Below are positions 29,902 to 38,612 of a stretch of DNA of 64,000 bases, piece after piece. The stretch is taken from NCBI GenBank assembly GCA_963769885.1, contig CAVYNH010000006.1, positions 640,001-704,000 on the forward strand. The letters are read 5' to 3'. Position 1 is the stretch's first letter. Every line of letters starts with the position of its first letter. Both the position numbers and the translations under genes were made by a program. The notes beneath the pieces are model-generated. The model was given only the letters and a program-made list of their open reading frames with translations, had not been told where the DNA came from and searched no databases. The stretch is from Methanobacteriota archaeon. GTDB lineage: Archaea; Thermoplasmatota; E2; DHVEG-1.

Positions 29902-31098
29902 TCAGCGTAAAAAAATGGGGAAAACGAAGCATAGAAAAACGCACGCCTTCCCAGTAATTGTTTCATTCGCAGCGGTCACGGTAAGTCTGGTCAGGCCAAA
30001 CCCAACAACCTTGTCGTTCACCTGGACATCGCCCCATGCCGGAATCGTCTCATGAAACGGTTTTTCCTTGGGGAACACAAAGCCAGTCACTGTCATCGTT
30101 CCGTTGATATTAATTGGCATTCCACCGTTGTTATGGATGGTTGCGGTGATGCCAAGGCCTCCCTCGATGCTGATCGTGATATTGTACGGGATGGCGAAGG
30201 ACCGGTAGTGTGGTACTTCGCGGTTCCCGGCGTTGTCGACAGAGTAAAACATGAGATGATGATCGCCGGGTTCACTGACTTGGAAAGGATGGGTATAGTT
30301 GGTCACCGGGCCGCCGTCCAATGAGTAGACGGTGTAGGCTACTCCGGAATAATTATCGAATGCGGTGAGGATGACTGTTATGGTATTGGTCCCGTGCAGT
30401 TGGCACGTCGTGACTGGGGGTACGGTGTCGTTTTCTGTGATATGGACTTCAAGATTCCAGTTGCCCCAAATCCCCTGCGCCAGAAGCTCAGTCCAGTAGG
30501 TCAGCCAGGCCAAGTCGCCCTTCGTGGGGGTGCACGTATTTTCATCGTAGCCGCCGGGGTAGGTGCCGACCGGTGCGTCCCAGCCGACACCGACCCAGAC
30601 CGTATCATTCTCCGTGAAAGGATAAGGGTCTGTCAGGTTGAAGTAGAAATAGTCATTGATGACATCGCAGAAGCCGGAGGCGACCATCGTCGTGTTCTCT
30701 GTAGGGCTGGGCGGGTGATCGACGCCGGTGTACATCCAGGCGGTATAGTTTTCCTCGACGCAATATTCATCGGGTTGGGTCGGGCAGCCGTGCATGATTT
30801 TAATCTTGTCAAAAGCTCCGTGTAAACCTGCAAGTTCGGTTGGCGTGAATTTGATGATTTCATATAACGGTATTTCAAAACCTTTTGCCCATCCAATCGC
30901 GTTCTCACAGGTGCCGTCATCATAATGCAGGTAATAATCAGTTGAGGATGGCGCTGCAGTACCTGCATGGAGCCAGACGCCGGTTTCGTATGGTTCTGCC
31001 ACAGTGCAGAGAGTGTTGTTGGAGTTGATTGCCACAGCTGCTGGGATTGTCGCGAAAAGTAAAAGAACGATGACGGTACCAGCTGTTTCCTTTTTCAT
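29902..31098 (-). CDS. Secreted protein with Ig-like domain
   Basis: Signal peptide; DTVPPVT...DNYSGVAYTVYSLDGG...FYSVDNAGNRE Ig-like module. Confidence 0.78.
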   Translation of the reverse strand: MKKETAGTVIVLLLFATIPAAVAINSNNTLCTVAEPYETGVWLHAGTAAPSSTDYYLHYDDGTCENAIGWAKGFEIPLYEIIKFTPTELAGLHGAFDKIKIMHGCPTQPDEYCVEENYTAWMYTGVDHPPSPTENTTMVASGFCDVINDYFYFNLTDPYPFTENDTVWVGVGWDAPVGTYPGGYDENTCTPTKGDLAWLTYWTELLAQGIWGNWNLEVHITENDTVPPVTTCQLHGTNTITVILTAFDNYSGVAYTVYSLDGGPVTNYTHPFQVSEPGDHHLMFYSVDNAGNREVPHYRSFAIPYNITISIEGGLGITATIHNNGGMPININGTMTVTGFVFPKEKPFHETIPAWGDVQVNDKVVGFGLTRLTVTAANETITGKACVFLCFVFPIFLR

Positions 31099-31283
31099 TG
31101 AACTCCCTCTTTTCCCAACAAAATCATCGTCGAGACGTGATATAAATATTTCTATTGTCAAAGAAGGTTATGTGGGATTTTTTTAGATATTATTTTCCTT
31201 TAGGGAAAAATAAAGTAATTCTCTGATTTTCCCGAATCTAAAAAAGGTTTACAATCAATTTTTTTTTAACTACTAACCAGAGG

Positions 31284-31313
31284 GCAGCCTACACGGTCAA
31301 GATAAGATGGAAA
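31284..31313 (+). repeat. Cassette site L7
   Basis: GCAGCCTACA CGGTCAAGAT AAGATGGAAA; shares CCTACACGGTCAA with L9. Confidence 0.75.
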
Positions 31314-31337
31314 TGAGCAGTTTTCGTAATCGTGCAT

Positions 31338-32429
31338 CTAGTTCAAATCAATCTTATATGGCTTCATCAATGGAAACCGGTCTGAGCCAATTATTGCGTT
31401 CGATATCTTGAAGGGTAAGAATCCAATCCCGTCATGGTTGTAATCCACGATCTGTGGATGTTTTAATCCGGGATAGTCATCCCAATAGTTTCCAATGCAG
31501 TGCCCAAGTGAGAATTTCCACCAAAAATTACAACATTCATCGTATGCATTGTCAGCGTTTCCTATGAAATTATTGCAATAGAAAAGATTGTAATTTGAGG
31601 GAGTTTGGTATACCAATGAGATAAAGAGATACACACCCCAGTACGAATTGTTAGTGATATTATTGCAACAGATCGTATTCTCATTGGACTGGTAAAACCA
31701 TAAGCCTACTTGGTTATTCGTTATTTCATTATTTCTAATGATGTTGTGGTAGTCACCAGCATAAAATTCAATGCCCGCACTTTGATTTGAGATATGATTT
31801 TTGCCTATGAGGTTGTTGTCGGCACCACGGAGCAGCAGTACTCCTTCACCAGCATCTTTGAAAATATTCCCTGTGATTGTATTATGGTCTACCCTTCCGA
31901 TGACAATGCAGACTCCATCCTGAATCCCCCCTGCCCTGAATGTATTATTTATGACGAAAGTGAACGATGCTTGAATATAAATTCCGCATCCATCGTAAAT
32001 GAAATTTGTTAGGGCATTTTGTGAGATGGTACAGTTGTGGCCGCTGACGACGATGCCATATCCGTTGTGACGTGCTAGGTCGCAGGTAAAACCAGAGATG
32101 AGAACATGGTCCGCGGTGATGGTGACGATGTTCGCCTTCTGAGTAATACTCTTAAGTATTGTGCTGGTTCTATCTTGCCCTATAAGATTTATTGTCTTAT
32201 TAATCGTCAGGATCTCGGTGTACGTTCCGGCATATACAAAGACGGTATCTCCGGCTGAAGCATTATCGATTGCTGCCTGGATTGAGGAATAGTTGTTTGG
32301 TCCTACTCCGCCGACATATAATGTGATTCCTGTCATCACAAATCTATCTATCTCTGGAGATAGTGCTGATGTGTGGTAGATGCACGGTGTTAATAGAAGT
32401 ATGATGGCTACCATTTGTAAGGTTTTCAT
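31338..32429 (-). CDS. Secreted NosD/CASH beta-helix protein (cassette cargo)
   Basis: LYVGGVGPNNYSSIQ, GNYWDDY, DRFPLM. Confidence 0.88.
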   Translation of the reverse strand: MKTLQMVAIILLLTPCIYHTSALSPEIDRFVMTGITLYVGGVGPNNYSSIQAAIDNASAGDTVFVYAGTYTEILTINKTINLIGQDRTSTILKSITQKANIVTITADHVLISGFTCDLARHNGYGIVVSGHNCTISQNALTNFIYDGCGIYIQASFTFVINNTFRAGGIQDGVCIVIGRVDHNTITGNIFKDAGEGVLLLRGADNNLIGKNHISNQSAGIEFYAGDYHNIIRNNEITNNQVGLWFYQSNENTICCNNITNNSYWGVYLFISLVYQTPSNYNLFYCNNFIGNADNAYDECCNFWWKFSLGHCIGNYWDDYPGLKHPQIVDYNHDGIGFLPFKISNAIIGSDRFPLMKPYKIDLN

Positions 32430-32546
32430 GTGAATCCTTTTCCTGCCATGTGTTAACAATAAGCACTTAAAGTATCTTTCTATTGATTTTAAAAGTAAGA
32501 ATATCTAGTTGCACTCAAAAAAGCCAAAAAACTAACCACTAATGAA

Positions 32547-32576
32547 GTACCTTCTAGGGTCAATCCTAGAAGAATT
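32547..32576 (+). repeat. Cassette site L8 (best dyad)
   Basis: GTAC CTTCTAGG GTCAAT CCTAGAAG AATT: perfect 8-bp inverted repeat around 6 bp; abuts the RelE stop codon. Confidence 0.85.
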
Positions 32577-32861
32577 CTATTCTACTCTCGAATAACCTTG
32601 TTCGCGTTTCATGAGATTGATAACTTTAACTTCTTTATTTTCGATAAGATAAATAATCCTGTATTCACCTACTCGAAGACGGTATTTCTTCGGATGTGTG
32701 TCTACTAACATTTTGATATCACATCCTGCTCGAGCTGTACGAGGATCTTCTTTCAGTCCTAGTAGGCTTATTCTGACATTTTTTTGCAGCTGTTCTGGCA
32801 GTTCATGGAATGCTTTTTGAAACGTTCGTGAAACCAGAACGACGTACGTCATCTGGTTCAC
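32577..32861 (-). CDS. Type II toxin, RelE/ParE family
   Basis: YRLRVGEYRIIY; 4-bp overlap with the upstream antitoxin. Confidence 0.9.
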   Translation of the reverse strand: MNQMTYVVLVSRTFQKAFHELPEQLQKNVRISLLGLKEDPRTARAGCDIKMLVDTHPKKYRLRVGEYRIIYLIENKEVKVINLMKREQGYSRVE

Positions 32862-33043
32862 AACTCATCGAGCGAAATGAATTCGTCCTCGGCAAGAATC
32901 TTGTTCCAGGAATCATCCAATTTTTTCCAGGCGAATCTCTTGATTAATTTCTTAATAATCGAATCGTAGGTTTCGCCTTTTGTCCCCAGGTCCTGCAAGG
33001 CTTTTTTTGTTTCGTTGGTGATTGCAATGGTTGTGTTTCCCAT
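32858..33043 (-). CDS. Antitoxin (small RHH-like, archaeal type)
   Basis: TTIAI..ETK..L...G.KGETYDSII..LI; acidic tail FISLDEL. Confidence 0.85.
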   Translation of the reverse strand: MGNTTIAITNETKKALQDLGTKGETYDSIIKKLIKRFAWKKLDDSWNKILAEDEFISLDEL

Positions 33044-33132
33044 ACAGACACCTTTTCTTTATAGTAATTATAATCATTATGTCTATTTATAATTTACCCT
33101 TTAAAATCTTCATAATAGCTAATAACTACAGG

Positions 33133-33162
33133 GTACCCTACACGGTCAAAGCTAGGTGAATT
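33133..33162 (+). repeat. Cassette site L9 (recombinase-proximal)
   Basis: GTACCCTACA CGGTCAAAGC TAGGTGAATT. Confidence 0.85.
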
Positions 33163-33319
33163 TATTTTAAAGATCTTCAAAGATAATGATGGAGCCTATC
33201 GGATCTATATTGGTATACCTATCGCCAAGGCTGCTCATTTTGAAAATAAAGAAAAGGTGAGATTTGATTATTACCCTGGGAAAAAAAGGTTAGTAATAAG
33301 GAAAATAACAGAATTATAA
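33143..33319 (+). pseudogene. Start-less AbrB/MazE-like reading frame beginning inside site L9
   Basis: RSKLGEFILKIFKDNDGAYRIYIGIPIAKAAHFENKEKVRFDYYPGKKRLVIRKITEL; in-frame TAG at 33116 and no start codon near the 5' end. Confidence 0.55.
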
Positions 33320-33388
33320 GAAGAAAAGACTACTTTTATTCTACTCTCTACAAAAACATTTATAATATATTTTGATATACTTTATTGC

Positions 33389-33691
33389 ATGAGCGATGAT
33401 GAATTTAAAGAAATCATCATTTCAAAATTAGATCGAATTGCTAATTTGTTGGAGATGAATGAAAAAAGAGAAATAGAAAATTTAAAAGTCCGATTGCTTG
33501 GACGGTCTAAAATTAAAAAAGAAATTTATGATCTTATAAACGGAGAAAGAACAGTACAAGAAATAGCCAATCTATTGAAAATTGCTCAACCAAATATAAG
33601 TAAAGCAATTGCTGACCTTGTGGATGGAAATCTTATCGGAAAAAAGACCAAAGGGAAATTTGTTATTTATTACAAAAAGTATGAAGGTTGA
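33389..33691 (+). CDS. ArsR-like winged-helix protein
   Basis: RTVQEIANLLKIAQPNISKAIADL..GNLI. Confidence 0.85.
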   Translation: MSDDEFKEIIISKLDRIANLLEMNEKREIENLKVRLLGRSKIKKEIYDLINGERTVQEIANLLKIAQPNISKAIADLVDGNLIGKKTKGKFVIYYKKYEG

Positions 33692-33696
33692 AAAAA

Positions 33697-33989
33697 TGAA
33701 TGATTTAGTTCTTTCAGAGGAAAAGGCAGATACGATAATTGCATTATTGAAATTAATAGCTGGCCAAAATATCAAGGAAATTAAAGAAAAACGAGAACAT
33801 TTACTTAGCGTCCCTAAAAAGAACTCTATTTTAGACGCGTGTGATGGAACAAAGGAATTGAATCAAATAGCCAAAAAAATAGGTGTATCTTATGAATATG
33901 TCCGGTTGACGGTTGCAGAATTAGAGAATGCAGGTTTAATAATTTTTATCAGGAGTGGAAAAAAGAATCTACCAAAGAAGGTGATATGA
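33697..33989 (+). CDS. Winged-helix protein
   Basis: CDGTKELNQIAKKIGVSYEYVRLTVAELENAGLI; AAGGT SD before ATG 33697. Confidence 0.8.
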
Positions 33990-34204
33990 TTTCAGAAAAA
34001 GAAGATCCGATACTATTGGAATTAAGAAAAATAACAAACAGACTTGATGTTCTAATCGCATTCAACGCTATGCAAACAAATAGACCTGATTCAGACAAGA
34101 TAAAACTATTAAAAAAATTTGGACTTGGCTATGATGAGATACAAAATACATTATCCGTCTCACCCTCAACAATATCCAAAGTTCAAAAGGGGAAAGTGAA
34201 ATGA
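33986..34204 (+). CDS. Small HTH protein
   Basis: LKKFGLGYDEIQNTLSVSPSTISK; ATGA overlaps at both ends. Confidence 0.78.
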   Translation: MISEKEDPILLELRKITNRLDVLIAFNAMQTNRPDSDKIKLLKKFGLGYDEIQNTLSVSPSTISKVQKGKVK

Positions 34205-34482
34205 ACGATAACAAGAATGAGCCAGCCGAGGAAAACGAAATATTAAGCAGACTAGATGTAATCATTTATCTATTATTAAAAGAGCAAAAACAATTGCCTA
34301 CTTCCAAGAAAAATATGGAAGAGCTTGTTAAAATGCTGAAGGGATTGGGAATTGAAGATTATAAATCTATTGCAAAAATTATCAATGCAAATCCTGGATC
34401 TGTGGCAAATATCCTTACCCGATTAAAAGGAAGTAAGAAAGTGAATAAAAATGTCCGAGAGAATAGATTCAAGAATCCTTGA
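34201..34482 (+). CDS. Small HTH protein
   Basis: LKGLGIEDYKSIAKIINANPGSVANILTRL. Confidence 0.78.
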   Translation: MNDNKNEPAEENEILSRLDVIIYLLLKEQKQLPTSKKNMEELVKMLKGLGIEDYKSIAKIINANPGSVANILTRLKGSKKVNKNVRENRFKNP

Positions 34483-35200
34483 AAGAATAAAAGCTTGCCC
34501 TAAGATAAAAATATCTATTGCGGCCGTAAAAAATGAAATTTCTGAGATTAGAAGAGATAATCCGGGAGTTAGTTTAAATGCCGCAGCATGCGAATTTGCA
34601 AAAAGAAGAGGAGTCAATTTGATGAGGTATTTAGGAGATACAGATAGAACCACCTTATCATACATACGAGAAAGCCCCCAGCATACAATTGCGAAGGAAG
34701 AAAATAAAATAAGATCTATAAAAGTAAAACAGAATATTCCTACGGATGTTCCATACTTAACATCTGCCGATATATCAAATGCAGAAAAAATGTCTGTAAC
34801 TTATATTATTCTATATTGTTTTGAAAACTCCGTGAGAAGATTCATTATCGAACAATTGGAAAAAGCATATGGACCCAATTGGTGGGAAGATAAAATACAG
34901 GATAAAATAAAAAAAGAAGCTGATATTAATAGGAACCAAGAAAAAGACAAGAGATGGCATGCAACTCGAGGAGCTCATCCAATATATTATTTGACAATGA
35001 ACAGTTTAAGAAAAATAATTACTGATCAATGGCCTTTGCTGAAAAAAGTAATTAGAGAAGATCAAACATGGATCACAAGCAGATTGAATGAAATTACAGA
35101 TTCTAGAAACATAATAGCCCATCATAATCCCTTACCAAAAAGGGAAGTTGAAAGAATAATTCTCTATTTTGATGATTGGAAAAAACAAATGAAAATATAG
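34451..35200 (+). CDS. Swt1-like HEPN-domain protein (putative RNase)
   Basis: YIILYCFENSVRRFI...YGPNWW and R-x4-H motif RNIIAH. Confidence 0.85.
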   Translation: MSERIDSRILERIKACPKIKISIAAVKNEISEIRRDNPGVSLNAAACEFAKRRGVNLMRYLGDTDRTTLSYIRESPQHTIAKEENKIRSIKVKQNIPTDVPYLTSADISNAEKMSVTYIILYCFENSVRRFIIEQLEKAYGPNWWEDKIQDKIKKEADINRNQEKDKRWHATRGAHPIYYLTMNSLRKIITDQWPLLKKVIREDQTWITSRLNEITDSRNIIAHHNPLPKREVERIILYFDDWKKQMKI

Positions 35201-35205
35201 AATTT

Positions 35206-36048
35206 TTAGATGTCTATAGTATCCGTCATTATTTCGTATTTACAATTCGTGCAACCAACCCGAATATGAACAGTATCAGGAGGCTCCTCATAGCCACCAC
35301 CTGAATAACGCTGTGTTTCCTTTATATGGCCACCACACGCTGGGCAAATTGAATCTTTTAATAAGGCATCTTCCCAAGCATTTATTTTTGAAATGACTTC
35401 TATAAATTTTGTTAATTTTTCTAAATCAGAATGATCTAAATCAGTTATTCTATGAATTTCTTTTATTCTCTTTTCAATAATTTTTTTTAAGGAGGGAATT
35501 TCAGAATAAATATCATCTTTCACTATTGGTGCATAGACATATTTTGCCACGTAGGGTGTTTCAAGTCCATAATTTGAGAGTATAATCTCCGATTGACTTA
35601 GGTAAAAATCAGTGATTCTCTTAAAATAATCAATGAAGTTAAAACCTTTAGAGCTCCTATAATATCTTACACCTGCCTTTAGAATCCACTCTTTGAATAA
35701 AGGAGCCTGCTGCCGGATATCCACTAGATCCTGTCCATCTGGAGAGAAGAAATCATCATGTTCTATTTTCTCTCGAATGCAATTAATCTTATTTATCAGT
35801 TGATTCCATTTTTCAATTTGATCAATGGTAGATAGTGGTCTATTAATTTGATTCCATCGTGTCTTTAAATGGGCTATTTTTAATGATTCAATATCATACC
35901 CCACGTGATTTGTGCCGACGACCAAAAGAAGCTTCATAAAATAATCCCATAGAAATTTGGCTGAAGCACGCCGCTCATCTGCACTTTCCTTTGGTGTTTT
36001 ATCATAAGATTCTAAGATGCTTCTTAAATATTCTTCTAGGTCAACCAT
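35206..36048 (-). CDS. Hypothetical protein with HEPN-like motif and C-terminal zinc ribbon
   Basis: IREKIEHDD (R-x4-H) in a helical N-terminal region; CPAC...CTNC. Confidence 0.65.
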   Translation of the reverse strand: MVDLEEYLRSILESYDKTPKESADERRASAKFLWDYFMKLLLVVGTNHVGYDIESLKIAHLKTRWNQINRPLSTIDQIEKWNQLINKINCIREKIEHDDFFSPDGQDLVDIRQQAPLFKEWILKAGVRYYRSSKGFNFIDYFKRITDFYLSQSEIILSNYGLETPYVAKYVYAPIVKDDIYSEIPSLKKIIEKRIKEIHRITDLDHSDLEKLTKFIEVISKINAWEDALLKDSICPACGGHIKETQRYSGGGYEEPPDTVHIRVGCTNCKYEIMTDTIDI

Positions 36049-36523
36049 TAGTATTATCAATACTAATAGCCTATTTTAAGCTGAGTTTCATAGAGACCGT
36101 CAACCAGGCTAATTTTATTGGGTCAGCTTGATGTACGTCCAGATAAGAGTTGAGCAATTACGGCCTGAACCAAATCCATGTTATAAAATAAATTAGTATT
36201 ATTTTGCTTAAATACTTTATACTTTAAAGAAATTTTAGAATATACAAAGCCCCCTCAAGTTCAGGAAAATCGTTACAGGAGAAGTTGAATACGGCGTTGT
36301 CTCAAACCTCAAAGGCTCCTCCTGAAGCCCTTTCATGACAAGGAAAATGGTCTAAGGAGAGGTCGAATACTTTTGAGACAAAGCCATTGAATACTTTCGA
36401 TGACCTCCTCCAGGAGTATATAAGGAGAGAAATCATTCATTTACTCCAAGAAAAAATAGGTCAAAATGACCCCCAGATGGTTTGAGCATCCAGGGGTCTG
36501 AGACCATAATAGAGGTGTCTATT

Positions 36524-37504
36524 ATGATCCCGAACGGGAACAATACCAATAGTGGTAATAAGATTTTGGTGCAGGCCAGTCTCGAGCAGATAGTAATCGA
36601 AAAGCCATTGATCACACTACAACCTAAACCGGTCATGCCTTCTATCGTGCCGACTCCTTCTCCGAAGAATGAAACTGACAACGACAAACTCTTGGACAAG
36701 TTCAACCGCTATATGCGTGAGAACAACTACAGCAAGAGCACCATCTACATGTATACGAAGGTCGTCGGCCAGATGCTTGCCATGAAAGATTCGTTCTCCA
36801 TGACGGAGGATGATCTCAGCGACGTTCGGCTCTATCTTGTTGAACGCTATGCCCAGAATGGGAACCGGGCGAGGTTCGCTGCTATCAATGCTTTCTGCAA
36901 GCATATCCTCAAACGAAAAGACCTACATCTCAAGATCCCCAGTCCCGTCATCAAGAACAAAGACGTGTTCACCAACGAGCAGATTGACGCTATCCTTGCC
37001 ATTGCGAAAACGAAGAATAAACTCGCTTATGCCGTCCTTCAGACTTTGTACCATTGCGGACTACGTAAGATGGAGTTGTGCAATCTGAATCTTGCTGACC
37101 TTAATTTCGACACCATGGAATTGAAACTGAACAACACCAAGACAGGCAACGCGATTGTCTCCATGACCACCGCCGTTGCCAAGTCTCTGCAGGACTATAT
37201 TCAAAATGAACGACCTAAGAAAGAAGATGAACAAGCGGTATTCCTCAGTAAGAAAGGTGTGCGAATCGGTGAATGGACTGTCCGAGGATACCTCAAGGAA
37301 TGTGGGAAAGAAGCCGGGATTAAATCCCGGATGTATCCACACATGCTACGAGCATCATGCATTACACATCTTTTAAACAAAGGAGTGAATCCACTAACCG
37401 TTCAGCTCCATGCAAGGCATAGGAACTTCATGACAACCATGAGATATAATCGGCCAACTCAGCAGCAGATGAAAACGGATATCGAACGAATTTTCTCGAA
37501 GTAA
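36524..37504 (+). CDS. Tyrosine recombinase/integrase (XerC/D-like)
   Basis: SAM-like domain (NYSKSTIYMY), GLRKMEL (R), TKT (K), HMLR (H-x-x-R), ARH, TMRY (Y); GAGGTG SD at 36512. Confidence 0.95.
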   Translation: MIPNGNNTNSGNKILVQASLEQIVIEKPLITLQPKPVMPSIVPTPSPKNETDNDKLLDKFNRYMRENNYSKSTIYMYTKVVGQMLAMKDSFSMTEDDLSDVRLYLVERYAQNGNRARFAAINAFCKHILKRKDLHLKIPSPVIKNKDVFTNEQIDAILAIAKTKNKLAYAVLQTLYHCGLRKMELCNLNLADLNFDTMELKLNNTKTGNAIVSMTTAVAKSLQDYIQNERPKKEDEQAVFLSKKGVRIGEWTVRGYLKECGKEAGIKSRMYPHMLRASCITHLLNKGVNPLTVQLHARHRNFMTTMRYNRPTQQQMKTDIERIFSK

Positions 37505-37568
37505 TGTGATGATTTTCAAGTTGGGAGTATATTTTTAAATAACGATCAGTTGTATATTTTGGATACTT

Positions 37569-38459
37569 ATGCCAATATTTGACGATGTCGGCAAAGCGCT
37601 TAAAAGAACTAGCGATGTAATTAAAAAAACAACCGATGGGATAGCGAAAAATATTGCTGCAAGTCAAGAAAATGCAAGGAGAAAACGGGAGATTTTAAAT
37701 AGATTCGTTATGGATGATTTGAAAAAAATATGCAAGGAATATGGAATTGGCGAGCCAGATCCATACGAAGAATTTTTTGGAGAAAGAACAAAGAAGAAAA
37801 TAACACGAAACGATTACATAGATTATATTGAAGAGAGGCTAGATTTGAAACACATCGAAGACTTTTGTAATAACCATAGAATAAAGAGGCAAATTGAAGT
37901 TGAATCTGGAGTCGAGGCACAAAAAGACCATCCTTCTCGACCAGAGCCTCCAATAGTAAATGAATTACGGAATGAAGAAAACAAAATCCAAGAAAAGACT
38001 TCAATAGTGACGACAGCAAATCAGAAACCACAGGGAGAAACTCACGATATCCTTAATACAATAAAGGAACAGTTCAAACCAGAGCCCTGCATGAACGAAA
38101 AAGAACTACAGGGTCAGCTAATGATCTGGTTCAATATTATGTATCCCAATCGGGTCGTGCGAGAGGTCTCCACGATGGCTGGAAAAGTCGATTTTGCGAT
38201 TGATAAAAATAGACTTGGACTCGAGGTAAAAATAGCTTTTGACAAGGGGACCTTGAGAAACCTAGTAGGTCAAATTCTCGCTTATAAAAAATATTTCAAT
38301 GAAGTAGGTATAATTTTGATGGATGTCAATGATATGCCAAATTCGATAATTACTGAATACATTAATGAATATAGAAATCAAGGCGTCGAAACCATAGTAA
38401 TTCAAGGGCAAATTAGGAAAAAGAAAGGAAGACCCAGAGAAGTCCGTGTAAAATATTAA
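37569..38459 (+). CDS. Protein with C-terminal PD-(D/E)xK nuclease-like domain
   Basis: EKELQ..L...REV....GKVDFAI....GLEVK. Confidence 0.7.
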   Translation: MPIFDDVGKALKRTSDVIKKTTDGIAKNIAASQENARRKREILNRFVMDDLKKICKEYGIGEPDPYEEFFGERTKKKITRNDYIDYIEERLDLKHIEDFCNNHRIKRQIEVESGVEAQKDHPSRPEPPIVNELRNEENKIQEKTSIVTTANQKPQGETHDILNTIKEQFKPEPCMNEKELQGQLMIWFNIMYPNRVVREVSTMAGKVDFAIDKNRLGLEVKIAFDKGTLRNLVGQILAYKKYFNEVGIILMDVNDMPNSIITEYINEYRNQGVETIVIQGQIRKKKGRPREVRVKY

Positions 38460-38503
38460 ATATCATTCAGGTTTCTTCTATTAATCATAATCTCAATTGA
38501 GAT

Positions 38504-38533
38504 ATTTATCTTAGCAATACTACTACTTGGTAA
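38504..38533 (-). repeat. Cassette site R1 (AGTAT core class)
   Basis: Minus strand TTACCAAGTA GTAGTATTGC TAAGATAAAT. Confidence 0.65.
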
Positions 38534-38612
38534 CTTATTAAAATGATTGATTTACTTATTAGAATGGTTTATTAAAAGATAAAAGATGTATTTGAGCTGG
38601 AGTTGTAAGACT

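Noticed and set aside
36085-36135. CCGTCAA / GGGTCAG near the recombinase as array sites
   Set aside because: The conserved A10 and T21 and the GTAYC arm are absent
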